DNA from: Gemmataceae bacterium
GTDB taxonomy: Bacteria > Planctomycetota > Planctomycetia > Gemmatales > Gemmataceae
Length of the DNA stretch: 64,000 nucleotides
Direction of reading: 5' to 3'
Assembly (NCBI GenBank): GCA_965226945.1
Contig: OZ245717.1
Location: 6,784,062-6,848,061, forward strand
The notes beneath the pieces are model-generated. The model did no database searches. It was given only the letters and a program-made list of their open reading frames with translations, and was not told the DNA's origin. Positions 27,308 to 37,628 of the stretch are shown here, piece after piece; the first letter of the stretch is position 1, and each line of letters opens with the position of its first letter. Both the position numbers and the translations under genes were made by a program.

Positions 27308-27507
27308 AACGACCTAGTCTACAGCGCGGGCACCTGGCTAAAAAGAAAAGAGTTTCCATTTCTTGCGAGGTAACTTGCAACACGCGAAAATGCAGAAGTG
27401 TAGGAGAGTCCAGGGGCACCGCAACGACCAGAGGTCTGGGCCGGCCAGAAATCGGGCGGCAACTCTCGCCCAGGGCAGGCACGGCCAGCAATTGACAGGC
27501 AGCGCAT

Positions 27508-28353
27508 ATGGCGATCGGGAAGAACCTCGAACAGGGGCAGTATTTGGGCAGGGTGATTCACCGTCGCCAGGTAGGTTCCTTTCTTCTTAATGAAACCCAC
27601 TACGCGGCCCACGCCGACATTCCTTCCCATACCCACAAAAACGGCTACTTCTGCCTGGTGCGCAAGGGGAACTATCAGGAGACATTTGGTTCGCGCCGGC
27701 GCGATTGCGGTCCCCTGACCGTGGCCTATCACCCGCCCGGCGAGTCACACTCGGAGCGGTTTTTGGCAAGCGATTGCCAGTCGTTCAATGTCGAATTGCC
27801 TTACGCCTGGCTCGATCGCATCCGGCAGGACGCGGTGCTCGCAGGCCCGCTCGATGCCCATGGAGGCACGCCCGCAGCCCTGGCCATCAGGCTGTACAAC
27901 GAATTTCATCGCGTCGATTCGGTTTCGGCGCTGGCGATTGAGGGCCTCATCCTGGAACTGGCCGCCGAACTGAGCCGTGCCGCTCAAAGGGAAGACGCGC
28001 TCATTCCTGGCTGGATCGCGCGCATTCACGACCTACTTTGCGACCGCTTTGCCGAAGAACTCTCGATCACGCTCCTGGCGCAAGAAGCCCAGGTCCACCC
28101 GGTCTATTTGAACGCGGCCTTTCGTAAGCACTTTCATTGCTCCATTGGCGCCTTCGTGCGGCGCCGGCGCCTTGCCTGGGCCGCCAGCCAATTGGTGCAA
28201 ACGCGCAAATCGGTTACGGAAATCGCCATCGCCGCGGGTTTTGCCGATCAAAGCCACCTCTGCCGGATGTTGAAACAGTGCACCGGGCTGACTCCCACCG
28301 CCATCAGGCAACAACAAATCTCCCCAAGCATCCTCCTTGGTCCAAGACATTAA
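27508..28353 (+). CDS. AraC-family transcriptional regulator (N-terminal cupin-like sensor, C-terminal HTH)
   Basis: C-terminal IAIAAGFADQSHLCRMLKQCTGLTPTAIRQ is the AraC HTH signature. The N-terminal HTHKNGYFCLVRKG fits a cupin. Confidence 0.8.
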   Translation: MAIGKNLEQGQYLGRVIHRRQVGSFLLNETHYAAHADIPSHTHKNGYFCLVRKGNYQETFGSRRRDCGPLTVAYHPPGESHSERFLASDCQSFNVELPYAWLDRIRQDAVLAGPLDAHGGTPAALAIRLYNEFHRVDSVSALAIEGLILELAAELSRAAQREDALIPGWIARIHDLLCDRFAEELSITLLAQEAQVHPVYLNAAFRKHFHCSIGAFVRRRRLAWAASQLVQTRKSVTEIAIAAGFADQSHLCRMLKQCTGLTPTAIRQQQISPSILLGPRH

Positions 28354-28537
28354 AACCCCGTTCGCGCAAAGTCTGCGAATTCGATTTTTGATTTTCTTGC
28401 GTGCATTCAAGCACCTTGCTGGCGTTCAAGCGTTTTTCGCGAAAGCCTGGGAGAATGATCCGGCAAGGCCACGCTGCCGGGATGATTCGAGTCGGTGATT
28501 TCTCGGCGGCCAGGCCGCCTGTCAGCACGAGGATCTT

Positions 28538-29683
28538 ATGTTTCTCAAATCTCTGCGGTTCGTTCCCTTCTTCCTCCTCTTCCTGGGGATCTGCCTGGTC
28601 GGTCCCCTATCGGGCGTCTCGGGCCTGATGGCCCAGGAGAAAACGGCCGGCAAACTGGAGGAAAAGCCGCTTCCCGTTGACGAGACGGCCCGAGCCAAGC
28701 TCGTTGACGATCTGGCCAAGGCGCTCGAGGAGGGGTACGTATTCCCCGATGTCGCCCAAACGATGGCGAAATCGATTCGCGAGAAGCTGGCCGGCAAATC
28801 CTACGATTTGGCCACGACCGGCCAGGCGCTGGCCAGGGCCCTTACCGCCGATTTGCAAGCGGTCTCCAAGGACAAACACATTCGGGTCAATTGCAGCACC
28901 GAGCCCTTGCCGAAGCGAGAACGAAAAGAGCCGTCAGCCGGCGATCTTGCCAGAATGCGCGAAGCCACACGGAAGCGCGCCGCCGGGTTCGTCAAGCTTG
29001 AACGGCTCTCCGGAAACATCGGTTATTTGGAATTGCGTGGGTTTCTTGACCCTGAGGCGGGAGCCGAAACGGTTGCCGCCGCGATGTCGTTTCTTGCCAA
29101 CACCGATGCGCTGATCATCGACCTACGCAAAAACGGCGGAGGCAGCCCGCACATGGTTCAACTTCTCTGCAGCTACTTTTTCCCCTCCGAACCCAAGGTG
29201 CACCTCAATAGCCTCTACTGGCGAAAGGGAGACAAAACCGACGAATTCTGGACATTGAAGGATGTGGCCGGACCGCGCTATCTCGACAAGCCGATCTATT
29301 TTTTGACGAGCAAGCTGACATTTTCCGCCGCGGAAGAGTTCTCATACAACCTCAAGAATCTCAAGCGAGTGACGATTGTTGGAGAAACGACCGGCGGCGG
29401 TGCCCATCCTGGCGGAGGAGTTCCCCTGGGTGATCATTTCATCGTGTTCGTTCCGACAGGTCGGGCGATCAACCCGATCACGAAGACCAACTGGGAAGGA
29501 ACCGGCGTCGCGCCTGATGTGGCCGTGGATGCCGAAATGGCCCTCGACAAAGCCCGCGAATTGGCGCTGGCCAAAATCCTTGAATCGATCAAAGATCCGC
29601 AGTGGAAGCGGGAGCTGGAAATGGAAAGTCAAATGGAACTGCGCGCCAACAACCGCTACAAGGAGCGCAACGCGAAAAAATAA
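28538..29683 (+). CDS. S41-family peptidase (C-terminal processing peptidase-like), secreted
   Basis: Signal peptide (FVPFFLLFLGICLVGPLSG). IIDLRKNGGGS and TSKLTFSAAEEFSYNLKNLKRVTIVGETTGGGAH are typical of S41 (Ser/Lys dyad region). Confidence 0.8.
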   Translation: MFLKSLRFVPFFLLFLGICLVGPLSGVSGLMAQEKTAGKLEEKPLPVDETARAKLVDDLAKALEEGYVFPDVAQTMAKSIREKLAGKSYDLATTGQALARALTADLQAVSKDKHIRVNCSTEPLPKRERKEPSAGDLARMREATRKRAAGFVKLERLSGNIGYLELRGFLDPEAGAETVAAAMSFLANTDALIIDLRKNGGGSPHMVQLLCSYFFPSEPKVHLNSLYWRKGDKTDEFWTLKDVAGPRYLDKPIYFLTSKLTFSAAEEFSYNLKNLKRVTIVGETTGGGAHPGGGVPLGDHFIVFVPTGRAINPITKTNWEGTGVAPDVAVDAEMALDKARELALAKILESIKDPQWKRELEMESQMELRANNRYKERNAKK

Positions 29684-29769
29684 GCCGCACGGTTCGCGGC
29701 GATCGTGTCCAAAGAAAACACCCGTCGCTCAGGCACAACCCTTGCATCCAGGTTGGGTCCGGCGACTGG

Positions 29770-29806
29770 TGTTTTCTTTTTTGTTTTTTTTGTTTTTTTT
29801 GTTTTC
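29770..29806 (+). terminator. T-rich (GTTTTTTTT)n tract between convergent genes; possible intrinsic terminator region
   Basis: gttttcttttttgttttttttgttttttttgttttc lies directly after weak GC hairpins, downstream of the S41 peptidase gene and abutting the stop of the convergent archaemetzincin gene. The hairpin is weak, so this is tentative. Confidence 0.3.
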
Positions 29807-30775
29807 TCAGTCCTTCGAAAGGGCCCTTACCGCACTGCGGTAATACTCGGCCTCGGGAACCAGCCGGTGCTTGAGGCAAAAGACTTCAAGCCGCTTCAGA
29901 TAGGCAACCGGTTCGATATCAAGGTTCCAGCACAATTTGCGCAGGCAGACCGGGCAGAAATAGAGCGGATGGCGATCGCCTTCTTCATTGCTATTGGCGC
30001 CGCACATATTGCACTGAAACGCGGTGCAGTGCTGCATCGAAAGGATGTGCCCTGTTTCGTGGGTTGCGGTGCCCAGGGTGCGTCGCAAGCAGAGCATTCT
30101 CGCGGTTTCTCCGCGCGCAGGGTCGCCAAAGCGGTTCATCGACCAGGCTCCCACCCGTTCCCCCAGCGACGCCTGACCAAAGACAAAGTTGTAGGGCGTT
30201 TCGGGGGGCGTGCTCGCGGGCCAAAGGTCGTGCGCGGTGAAGGCGGTGTAGGCAAGGGCGTCGGCGGGCCGGTCGGGCTTGAGCACGTGCTCAAGAAGAT
30301 AGCCGACCTCCAATTGGTGAACGCCCCATTGCGGGTGGCGCCTTTGTGCCTTGGCGGGAATTTCCGACAGTGGCAATCGCTTGCGCACCCGAACAGGAGC
30401 ATCGAAGAAAAGGGCCAGGTATTCGTAGGTCGTTTCCAGAATTTTGGTTTGTTCTTCGTTAAACGAGCCCACTTCGCAGATGTAAAGGGTGGAGCGGTTT
30501 TCCCCTCGCCGCACCGGATGGGAATCCAGGTATTGGGCAAAAGTCTGGCCGGGTTCATCGTTGTTGGCCAGCCAGTCGCCCCTTTGAGGCGCCAACATGG
30601 GTAAGGCCAGGGGGGCAAGGCGCTTTTCGAGCGCCGCAATCGATTCCGCGTGAGCGGTTTCGTTGGGCGCATTACCGGCAAACCAGTGGGAAACAACCAG
30701 CCAGCAGAGCAGTGGCGACAATAAGACAAGAGCGACACATGCCGTGACGCCGGCAAACCAACCTGCTTTACGCAT
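29807..30775 (-). CDS. Archaemetzincin-like zinc metalloprotease (peptidase M54-like), membrane-anchored
   Basis: HETGHILSMQHCTAFQCNMCGANSNEEGDRHPLYFCPVC matches the archaemetzincin HExxHxxGxxHCx4C...CPxC signature. The start was reassigned to ATG 30775, giving an N-terminal TM (MRKAGWFAGVTACVALVLLSPLLCWLVV). Confidence 0.7.
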   Translation of the reverse strand: MRKAGWFAGVTACVALVLLSPLLCWLVVSHWFAGNAPNETAHAESIAALEKRLAPLALPMLAPQRGDWLANNDEPGQTFAQYLDSHPVRRGENRSTLYICEVGSFNEEQTKILETTYEYLALFFDAPVRVRKRLPLSEIPAKAQRRHPQWGVHQLEVGYLLEHVLKPDRPADALAYTAFTAHDLWPASTPPETPYNFVFGQASLGERVGAWSMNRFGDPARGETARMLCLRRTLGTATHETGHILSMQHCTAFQCNMCGANSNEEGDRHPLYFCPVCLRKLCWNLDIEPVAYLKRLEVFCLKHRLVPEAEYYRSAVRALSKD

Positions 30776-31022
30776 GTCGGACCTCGTGGTTTTTCCAACC
30801 AAGTGGGATCCATTCATTCTTCCTGCAAGGGGGGGTATTGACCAGCGGACCATGGCCGATTACGCCATCGGACCGCTCATTGGCCAACCGCCGAAGCCCA
30901 CGCCGGTGGTAAACACATAGATGGGAAAAACCGGCGCGAGGAGTTTGCTCGCACCGGTTTTCCATGAGCGTTTCAATAGACCAAAGTGGCTGTAGGCCAT
31001 TCGGCCAATAACCGGAAATCAC

Positions 31023-32978
31023 TCAGGCGCCACCTTGATGGCCCGGACTGACCGATTCGGTGGTGACCAGGGCCCGGTTCCCGTTGGGCAATTTCACGCC
31101 GGTTTTTTCGGCGACAAAGAGCGACATGAGCAGGCCAAGAAGTCCGGCCTGGCTGTTGCCATCGCCCCCAGTAGCGAACATCGTTTGCGGCACCAGCGGC
31201 TGCTGGCTGTGGGCCAGTGCCTCGGCCACGATCGACATCGCGTACAGCTTGGAATCGCCGAACGATTCCACCTTTTTCAGTAAGACTTGGGCTTCGGCGG
31301 AACCGACCTTGCCCACTTTCTCCGCTTGACCCTGGCCTTCGAGCGCAATGCTCTCGCTTTCTGCGCGCGCGATGACCACCTTGCGTTCCGCGTCCTTGCG
31401 CGACTTGGCTAGTTCCGCCTCGGCCTCGTTCGTGACGATTTGTATCTTGATCGACGACTGGGTCAGCTGCTCTTGCATGGTCGCCTTGGCATTGGCGTCG
31501 TTGAGCGTTTGGCGCTTTGCGGCCGCGGCCTCCTGCTTGCCGTAGGTCTCGATTTGTTCGAGCGACAGTTGGCGCAGGCGCAACTGTTCCAGCAGGTTTT
31601 CAATTTTGCCGTCGTCGATTTTCGATTCCGGTTTGCCGATCAGCACATCGATGCAGAGGATGTCGAACTGCTCGAATTTGGTGCGTAATTCCTGGCGGGC
31701 GACCGCCTGGATCTCATCGCGGCTGTGTATCAATTCGAGCATGGTCTTCTTGTGGGCCACGTCGCGGAAATAGGCGCTCAAGAGCGGATCGAGCGTCTGG
31801 GTGATCAGTTGTTTGACATCGCCGAAGCGCTGAATGACGCTCGGCGCCTTCTGGTAGTCGATGTGCACCACGATCGAAAGGGGCAAAATCGGTTCGTAGG
31901 CATCCCTGGTGATCAGGTCGATGGAACGCAAGCTTTCGTCATAGCGGTGGCCTTCGGTGCGGCCGGTGATCCAGTGCAGCACGAAGTTGGTGGTCGGCAC
32001 CCGAATGATTTTGCCGGCGTAGGTGTTGAACGGGTATTTGCCTGGACCGAGGGTGGTTTCCCAAACGCCGCGTTCCCCCAGCTTGACCCGTTCGCCGTGG
32101 CGAAATAGGGTGCCGCTGGTGTCGGTGCCTTGCTTGCCGTAGTAGCTGACGACCACGCCAACCTGTCCGATTTCCACGACCTCCTTGGGGATGTGTTCGA
32201 TCGTCGCGAACCAGTGGTTGAGGAAATAGGTGCCATCGAGCAGTGGGGAATATTGTTTGCCGCGTCGGCCGCCCGCGAGCAGGAACGCTTCGATGTCCTG
32301 GTAATTATTGTGGTAATGAGTGTCGCTGGCGTTGCCTCCCACGGGCGGGGCGATGATTTCCCCTGGTTCAAGGGAAGGCCCGTCATGAGTTGTGACGATG
32401 CCAATGTCGTCGATCTTGCTTGTGGCGGAGCTGCCGATCACCACGGGAAGGAAGCCGCTACTGGCGGCGAGTTGTTTCTGCCATTCGCCAAGGTTGCGCT
32501 CGTGGCTGATGGCAAAGACTCCATCTTCGGTGATGACATGGAAAACGGCGAGGTTGATGGCGTAGACGCCTTCGCGCAGGATGGCGCGCTGGCGGCCCTT
32601 CTGACCGCTTTTCAGGAAAGTGCGCACGTCCTGGTAATGGTTGCAGGCGACGACCTTACCCAGCGTCTGGCTGGGCCCGAGGGCCTCGCCGGCGCGAGAA
32701 AAGAGGTAACCTAGTTTGCCTTGCTTGATGGTGATCAAGGGGCGCTTGTGAATCGAGTATTGCCATTTCCAGAAGCCGAAATGGATACCGCCGCGAATGA
32801 CTTCCGGTTCGAAGCCGGCTTCGCCATCAAGGGCGACGATGTCACCGTCGCCTAGCGACCCTTTTGAGGACCAGAGTTTCTCGACGATCCCCACACGGTC
32901 GTTGGGAATGTAAGTGAAAACGAGGTAAAGCGCGAAGACCAGCGCGACCAGAATGAACCCAGCCACATACCAGCCCAT
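31023..32978 (-). CDS. Flotillin-like SPFH/band-7 family protein (YqiK-like)
   Basis: N-terminal TM (GWYVAGFILVALVFALYLVF), then an SPFH-like domain and a long Ala/Glu/Lys-rich coiled-coil 'flotillin' region (...AEAELAKSRKDAERKVVIARAESESIALEGQGQAEK...). Confidence 0.75.
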   Translation of the reverse strand: MGWYVAGFILVALVFALYLVFTYIPNDRVGIVEKLWSSKGSLGDGDIVALDGEAGFEPEVIRGGIHFGFWKWQYSIHKRPLITIKQGKLGYLFSRAGEALGPSQTLGKVVACNHYQDVRTFLKSGQKGRQRAILREGVYAINLAVFHVITEDGVFAISHERNLGEWQKQLAASSGFLPVVIGSSATSKIDDIGIVTTHDGPSLEPGEIIAPPVGGNASDTHYHNNYQDIEAFLLAGGRRGKQYSPLLDGTYFLNHWFATIEHIPKEVVEIGQVGVVVSYYGKQGTDTSGTLFRHGERVKLGERGVWETTLGPGKYPFNTYAGKIIRVPTTNFVLHWITGRTEGHRYDESLRSIDLITRDAYEPILPLSIVVHIDYQKAPSVIQRFGDVKQLITQTLDPLLSAYFRDVAHKKTMLELIHSRDEIQAVARQELRTKFEQFDILCIDVLIGKPESKIDDGKIENLLEQLRLRQLSLEQIETYGKQEAAAAKRQTLNDANAKATMQEQLTQSSIKIQIVTNEAEAELAKSRKDAERKVVIARAESESIALEGQGQAEKVGKVGSAEAQVLLKKVESFGDSKLYAMSIVAEALAHSQQPLVPQTMFATGGDGNSQAGLLGLLMSLFVAEKTGVKLPNGNRALVTTESVSPGHQGGA

Positions 32979-33410
32979 GAGAGGCTCTCCAGAGTGAAAA
33001 GAGGAGGGGCGATTCTCCTCGCTCCTAATTATACCAAAAAACAGAGGCTTTTATCTTCCTCAAGTGCCTCATAGGCCCCATGTTTCTCATGTTCCCCATT
33101 TTCATTCAAAAAGTTTCAAATTAGGCACCGTAGATTCCCCATTTTTTCCATTTTTTCTCGTTTTTTTGCCGGAAAAAAAGGAAGTTTCCTGAACCGCCCA
33201 GTGATTTCCGGGAAGAAAAGGGGCGTTTCCTAGCTGCCTTCCGAGGTTAAAAAAAGGACTGGTTTGCCTTTTTGAGCTTTTTTCTGTATGCGTGATGCCA
33301 GGGCCGACAAGGACTGGGTTGGGTGATTGAAACGAAGAAGGCGAGCCGGATTCTTGACGCGAAGATCGTTAAGGGCGCAAGCGGCACCGATCGCCTGAGA
33401 GAGAAAAAAA

Positions 33411-34220
33411 TCAGTCGCGCTCGAATCGCGCTTCTTCGCGATCGAGGCGCAAGCTGTCGGCGTGGATGCCGAAATGGGGCAGCGGAAGTTCCAGCACCAG
33501 CTTGAGCTTGGCGGCATCATCAAGGTCGTCTCGCCGTGCGCCGAAACCGCGATAAATGTTCAACCCTCGCTTGATCGACAAGATTTCCCGCCGCGTTCGG
33601 CCGCGCGGGCAATCGGCCCAGCGGCCAATACGCTCTTGAAAGTGAAAGAAGTGTGAGGCGGTCTCCCGCATCGCCTGCCAGTAGCCGGGATGATCGGTCT
33701 GCAAGAAGAGCAGGCCGCCCGGTTTGAGACACCCATGGACCGATGCGAGAAAGCTGGGGGTGACCAGGCGCCGGTCAGCCTCTTTGGGATCGTGATAGGG
33801 CTGCGGGTGATAAATGTGGATCTCGTCGGCGCTCGCGGGGCCAAGCAGTTGCCTGACCACTTTGAGCCCGTCGGCGACGCCAAAGCGCAAGTTCGTGAAA
33901 CCGCGCTGATTGCCCCGGCGGGTGGCATAGCGAATGACCACCGGCAGCACATCGAAGCCGATATGGTCGGTGCCCGCGCGGGTGTAGGCGCTACCCAGCA
34001 GAAAACGGCCATTGCCGCAGCCAATATCGATCACCAGGGGCGCGGATCGGCCGAAGATGGTGAAGGGATCGAGCGGGCCCGCAGCGGGTAGTTCTTTCAA
34101 AGCCGTTTTCGACCAGCGTGCCGCTTCCAGAATTTCGCCGGGGATGGCGATGCCGAATTCCTTTTCGATTTTGCGCTTCGGGCCGTCCCCGGAAGATCGA
34201 TCGGATGCGCCAGAGCCCAT
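33411..34220 (-). CDS. trmB: tRNA (guanine46-N7)-methyltransferase TrmB
   Basis: VIDIGCGNGRFLL ... IHIYHPQPYHDPKEADRRLVTPSFLASVHGCLKPGGLLFLQTD matches TrmB. It starts 15 bp downstream of the trpA stop on the same strand. Confidence 0.8.
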   Translation of the reverse strand: MGSGASDRSSGDGPKRKIEKEFGIAIPGEILEAARWSKTALKELPAAGPLDPFTIFGRSAPLVIDIGCGNGRFLLGSAYTRAGTDHIGFDVLPVVIRYATRRGNQRGFTNLRFGVADGLKVVRQLLGPASADEIHIYHPQPYHDPKEADRRLVTPSFLASVHGCLKPGGLLFLQTDHPGYWQAMRETASHFFHFQERIGRWADCPRGRTRREILSIKRGLNIYRGFGARRDDLDDAAKLKLVLELPLPHFGIHADSLRLDREEARFERD

Positions 34221-34235
34221 AAAGATCCGTCCGAT

Positions 34236-35066
34236 TTATTGGTCAAGCGCCGAGCGCATCGACTTGCAAAAGGCGGCGATGCCGGCAAAAACCTTGTCGC
34301 GCGGTTCGGCCTGGAGTTTTTCCAGATGGCGCACGAGCGCGCTGCCCACGATGACCCCGTCACAATGTGGCTTGAGGGTTTGCGCCTGGTCGGCGGTGCT
34401 GATGCCGAATCCGACGCAAAGCGGTGTGGTCGATTGGCTCCTAAGTGCTGCCAGCCGATCGATGAGGGTTGCCGGCAGATCGCGCCTTTCGCCGGTGATT
34501 CCCGAGATGGAAACACAGTAAAGAAACCCGCCGCTGGCTTTGGCGATTTCCGCAGCCCGGGCCCCCGGCGTCGCGGGAGTGACCAGTTGCACCAGTTTCA
34601 GCTCATGTTTTTCGGTCGCTTGGCCTAATTCCGCCGATTCGTCCCAGGGCAAATCGGGCACGATGAGACCGGAAAATCCCGATTTTTTCGCCCGCATGAG
34701 GAAAGTGTCGATGCCGACGCGCAGCACCAGGCTGTAGCTGACCATGGCGACAAGAGGCACCGCGCGGTTCGCGTAGGCCGGGCTTTTTTGAATGGCCTGG
34801 GCCAGTTGCCAGATCTGCTCGATCTTGAGTTTTTTGTCCAGGGCCCGGGTGTAGGAGGACTGAATCACCGGGCCGTCGGCGATTGGGTCGCTGTAGGGAA
34901 AGCCGATCTCGATGATGTCGGCGCCGTTTTCGATCAGCGTCTTGGCGACTTGCAAGCTTGTGTCGATATCGGGGTCGCCGGCGGTCATGAAGGGAATGAA
35001 CGCCTTGCGTCCGCCCTGGCGAAGCGTCTCGAAGGTCCGATCGATCGGGTTCTTTGTCTGGCTCAT
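34236..35066 (-). CDS. trpA: Tryptophan synthase alpha chain
   Basis: KAFIPFMTAGDPDIDTSLQVAKTLIENGADIIEIGFPYSDPIADGPVIQ is the canonical TrpA N-terminal region. The start was reassigned to internal ATG 35066 (MSQTKNP...). Confidence 0.9.
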   Translation of the reverse strand: MSQTKNPIDRTFETLRQGGRKAFIPFMTAGDPDIDTSLQVAKTLIENGADIIEIGFPYSDPIADGPVIQSSYTRALDKKLKIEQIWQLAQAIQKSPAYANRAVPLVAMVSYSLVLRVGIDTFLMRAKKSGFSGLIVPDLPWDESAELGQATEKHELKLVQLVTPATPGARAAEIAKASGGFLYCVSISGITGERRDLPATLIDRLAALRSQSTTPLCVGFGISTADQAQTLKPHCDGVIVGSALVRHLEKLQAEPRDKVFAGIAAFCKSMRSALDQ

Positions 35067-35260
35067 GGATCCTTGCGTCGCCTTGCCTGGCAAACCTAGG
35101 GGAGGGAAGAAGAGAATTATCCTATGGGGCCCGGCCAAGATCCTTCCGGGACGGGTGTGGACGGGGCAAGTCGGGGCAGGGTGGCTTCTGGGAAGTTCCG
35201 CAAAAAGCCCCGACGTTTCATGCCGTCAGATAGGGCTCACTCGTGCCCGAGAGATTCGTA

Positions 35261-36535
35261 TCACTCGTGGCCGAGCAGGCGGGCGACTTCGTAGCAGTCC
35301 TTATCGCCGCGGCCGGAGAAACAGATGACGACGACATCGTCAGGCGACCTCTTCGCGGCGACGTTCATCGCCTCGACCAGGGCATGCGCCGTTTCCAAAG
35401 CGGGCAAAATCCCTTCCATACGCGAGCAGAGCTGAAAGCCCTCCAGTGCCTGATCGTCGCCAATGTGCGTGTAACGCACGCGCCCCCGGTCTTTCCAGTA
35501 GCTGTGTTCCGGTCCCACCCCGGGGTAGTCGAGCCCGGCCGAGACCGAATGGACGTCGCTAGTTTGCCCGTCTTCGTCTTGAAGCACATAGCTGAAGGTG
35601 CCGTGCAACACGCCCGGTTTACCAAAGGACAGGGTCGAGGAATGGTCCCCCAGCTTCATACCGCGGCCCCCCGCCTCGACGCCGATAAGTTCAACCGAAG
35701 GGTCGTCAACAAATGGATAGAACATACCCGCGGCGTTGGATCCGCCACCCACGCAGGCGACCACGGCATCGGGCAATTTGCCCAGTTGCTTCAGACACTG
35801 CTCGCGGGTCTCCTGGCCGATCACCGCCTGAAAATCGCGCACAAGCTTCGGGAAAGGGTGGGGTCCCACGACGCTGCCCAAAATGTAATGGGTGTGTTCG
35901 ACGGTGGCCATCCAGTCGCGCATCGCCTCGTTGATCGCATCGCGCAAGGTGCGCGAACCGGTGGTTACGGGGTGGACCGTGGTTCCCATTGCCCGCATTT
36001 TGAACACATTGAGCTTTTGGCGGCGAACATCTTCCTCGCCCATATAGACGACGCAAGGCAGGTCGAAAAGCGCGCAGGCGGTGGCGGTGGCGACCCCGTG
36101 CTGGCCGGCGCCCGTTTCCGCGATAATTCGGGTCTTGCCCATTCTTTTCGCCAAAAGGGCCTGACCGATGCAATTATTGATCTTGTGGGCGCCAGTGTGA
36201 TTGAGATCTTCACGTTTCAAATAAATGCGGGCGCCGCCCGCATGGCGGGTGAGTCGTTCGGCGAAATAGAGCCGCGAGGGCCGGCCCACGAAGTCTTCCA
36301 GCCACTTGCGCACCTCCAACTGAAAGGCGGGATCGACCCGGGCCGTGTCGTAGGCCTTTTCCAGTTGCCTGAGCGCCTCGATCAGCGTTTCGGGCACATA
36401 TTTGCCGCCATAAGGGCCGAAACGGCCAACCCGATCGGGAACCGCGGAAAGAGAGGCCGGGGCGGGAGTGGTCAACGGGGACACGAGGGTTTCATCCTGA
36501 ATGGGAGAAGGATCCGTATACGCCATACCTGTCAT
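35261..36535 (-). CDS. trpB: Tryptophan synthase beta chain
   Basis: [29 protein letters not shown] is the PLP-lysine motif region. It lies upstream of trpA (trpBA order). Confidence 0.9.
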   Translation of the reverse strand: MTGMAYTDPSPIQDETLVSPLTTPAPASLSAVPDRVGRFGPYGGKYVPETLIEALRQLEKAYDTARVDPAFQLEVRKWLEDFVGRPSRLYFAERLTRHAGGARIYLKREDLNHTGAHKINNCIGQALLAKRMGKTRIIAETGAGQHGVATATACALFDLPCVVYMGEEDVRRQKLNVFKMRAMGTTVHPVTTGSRTLRDAINEAMRDWMATVEHTHYILGSVVGPHPFPKLVRDFQAVIGQETREQCLKQLGKLPDAVVACVGGGSNAAGMFYPFVDDPSVELIGVEAGGRGMKLGDHSSTLSFGKPGVLHGTFSYVLQDEDGQTSDVHSVSAGLDYPGVGPEHSYWKDRGRVRYTHIGDDQALEGFQLCSRMEGILPALETAHALVEAMNVAAKRSPDDVVVICFSGRGDKDCYEVARLLGHE

Positions 36536-36709
36536 CTTCTTCTTCCTACATTGGATGGGGGGGAAGCGGATCGGTCAAGCCGCGCTCCCAGGCTTGGCCT
36601 GGCGCGGATGGTGTGCCTGGGTGCACTTTCCTTCGGTGCTTACCCCCCTTCGCCTTCGCTGCTTCCGCTCTCAAGAGAATGGGCTTTTTGTTTCCAAAAA
36701 GGTCGAACG

Positions 36710-37567
36710 ATGCCTGAATTGCCCGAAGTGGAGACGATCGTTCGCGATCTCAGTCCCGTTCTGAAGCGGCGCAAAATCACCGGTGTCAGCCGCTTGCCGA
36801 CCAAAATGCGGCGGGCCGAACAAATCGACTGGACCGGATCTCTGGTGGGCCTGTCCTGGAAGCGGGTCACGCGCCGCGGCAAGTGGATTGTCAATGAACT
36901 GAGCGCCGATTGCCACCTACTCATTCATCTTGGGATGACGGGCCAGCTTCAGGTCCAAAAGATCGGTGGGGACGAAATCGACCATCTGCATCTGGAAATC
37001 GAACTGGATAACGGCAAGTGCTTGCAGTTTCGCGATGTACGGCGTTTTGGCGCGGTGCGGTTTCTGACGGCAGATCAATCGCTTGCGACTTATTTCGAGG
37101 AAGAAGGCTTGGGACCGGAACCCTTTCAAGTGGACCCTGCCTATTGGTTCAAACGGCTGAATGGTTCGCAGCGCAACCTCAAGGCGCTGCTTTTAGACCA
37201 GGGGATTGTGGCGGGTGTGGGAAATATCTACGCCGACGAAGCGCTCTTTCGGGCCAGCCTGGCTCCCGTTTTGCGCGGTTGCGATCTGAAGCCGGCCCAG
37301 GCCGAGTCGTTGCGATTGGCGGTCGAAGAGGTGCTTCAAGACGCGATTAGCAAGAGGGGCAGCACTATCCGCGATTACATCGGCGGCTCCGGCCTGAAAG
37401 GCGGATTTCAAAACAACTTGCGCGTTTACGGCAGAACCGGCGACGCCTGCGTTCGCTGTTCGATGCCGGTGGCCAAGATCGATCTGGCGGGGCGATCCAC
37501 CCATTTTTGTCCCCGCTGCCAGGTGGGGAACGGCCGCCAACCGCTAGGATCAAAAGAAGGCCGTTAG
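36710..37567 (+). CDS. mutM: Formamidopyrimidine-DNA glycosylase (Fpg/MutM)
   Basis: Starts MPELPEVETI (catalytic Pro2/Glu3) and ends with the zinc finger CVRCSMPVAKIDLAGRSTHFCPRCQ. The 774-aa ORF in the track (35243..) is a spurious 5' extension antisense to trpB. Confidence 0.9.
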   Translation: MPELPEVETIVRDLSPVLKRRKITGVSRLPTKMRRAEQIDWTGSLVGLSWKRVTRRGKWIVNELSADCHLLIHLGMTGQLQVQKIGGDEIDHLHLEIELDNGKCLQFRDVRRFGAVRFLTADQSLATYFEEEGLGPEPFQVDPAYWFKRLNGSQRNLKALLLDQGIVAGVGNIYADEALFRASLAPVLRGCDLKPAQAESLRLAVEEVLQDAISKRGSTIRDYIGGSGLKGGFQNNLRVYGRTGDACVRCSMPVAKIDLAGRSTHFCPRCQVGNGRQPLGSKEGR

Positions 37568-37628
37568 TTTTTTGCTTGCGGCATTCTTTGGGCGCCCGTG
37601 GCAGTTTGGGGCTGAGGCCTGAGGTTTC

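Noticed and set aside
35243-37567. 774-aa plus-strand ORF in the supplied track
   Set aside because: Its first ~1460 nt run antisense through trpB and the trpB-mutM intergenic region (GC-rich, stop-poor). Only the portion from ATG 36710 (MPELPEVE...) is the real mutM gene.
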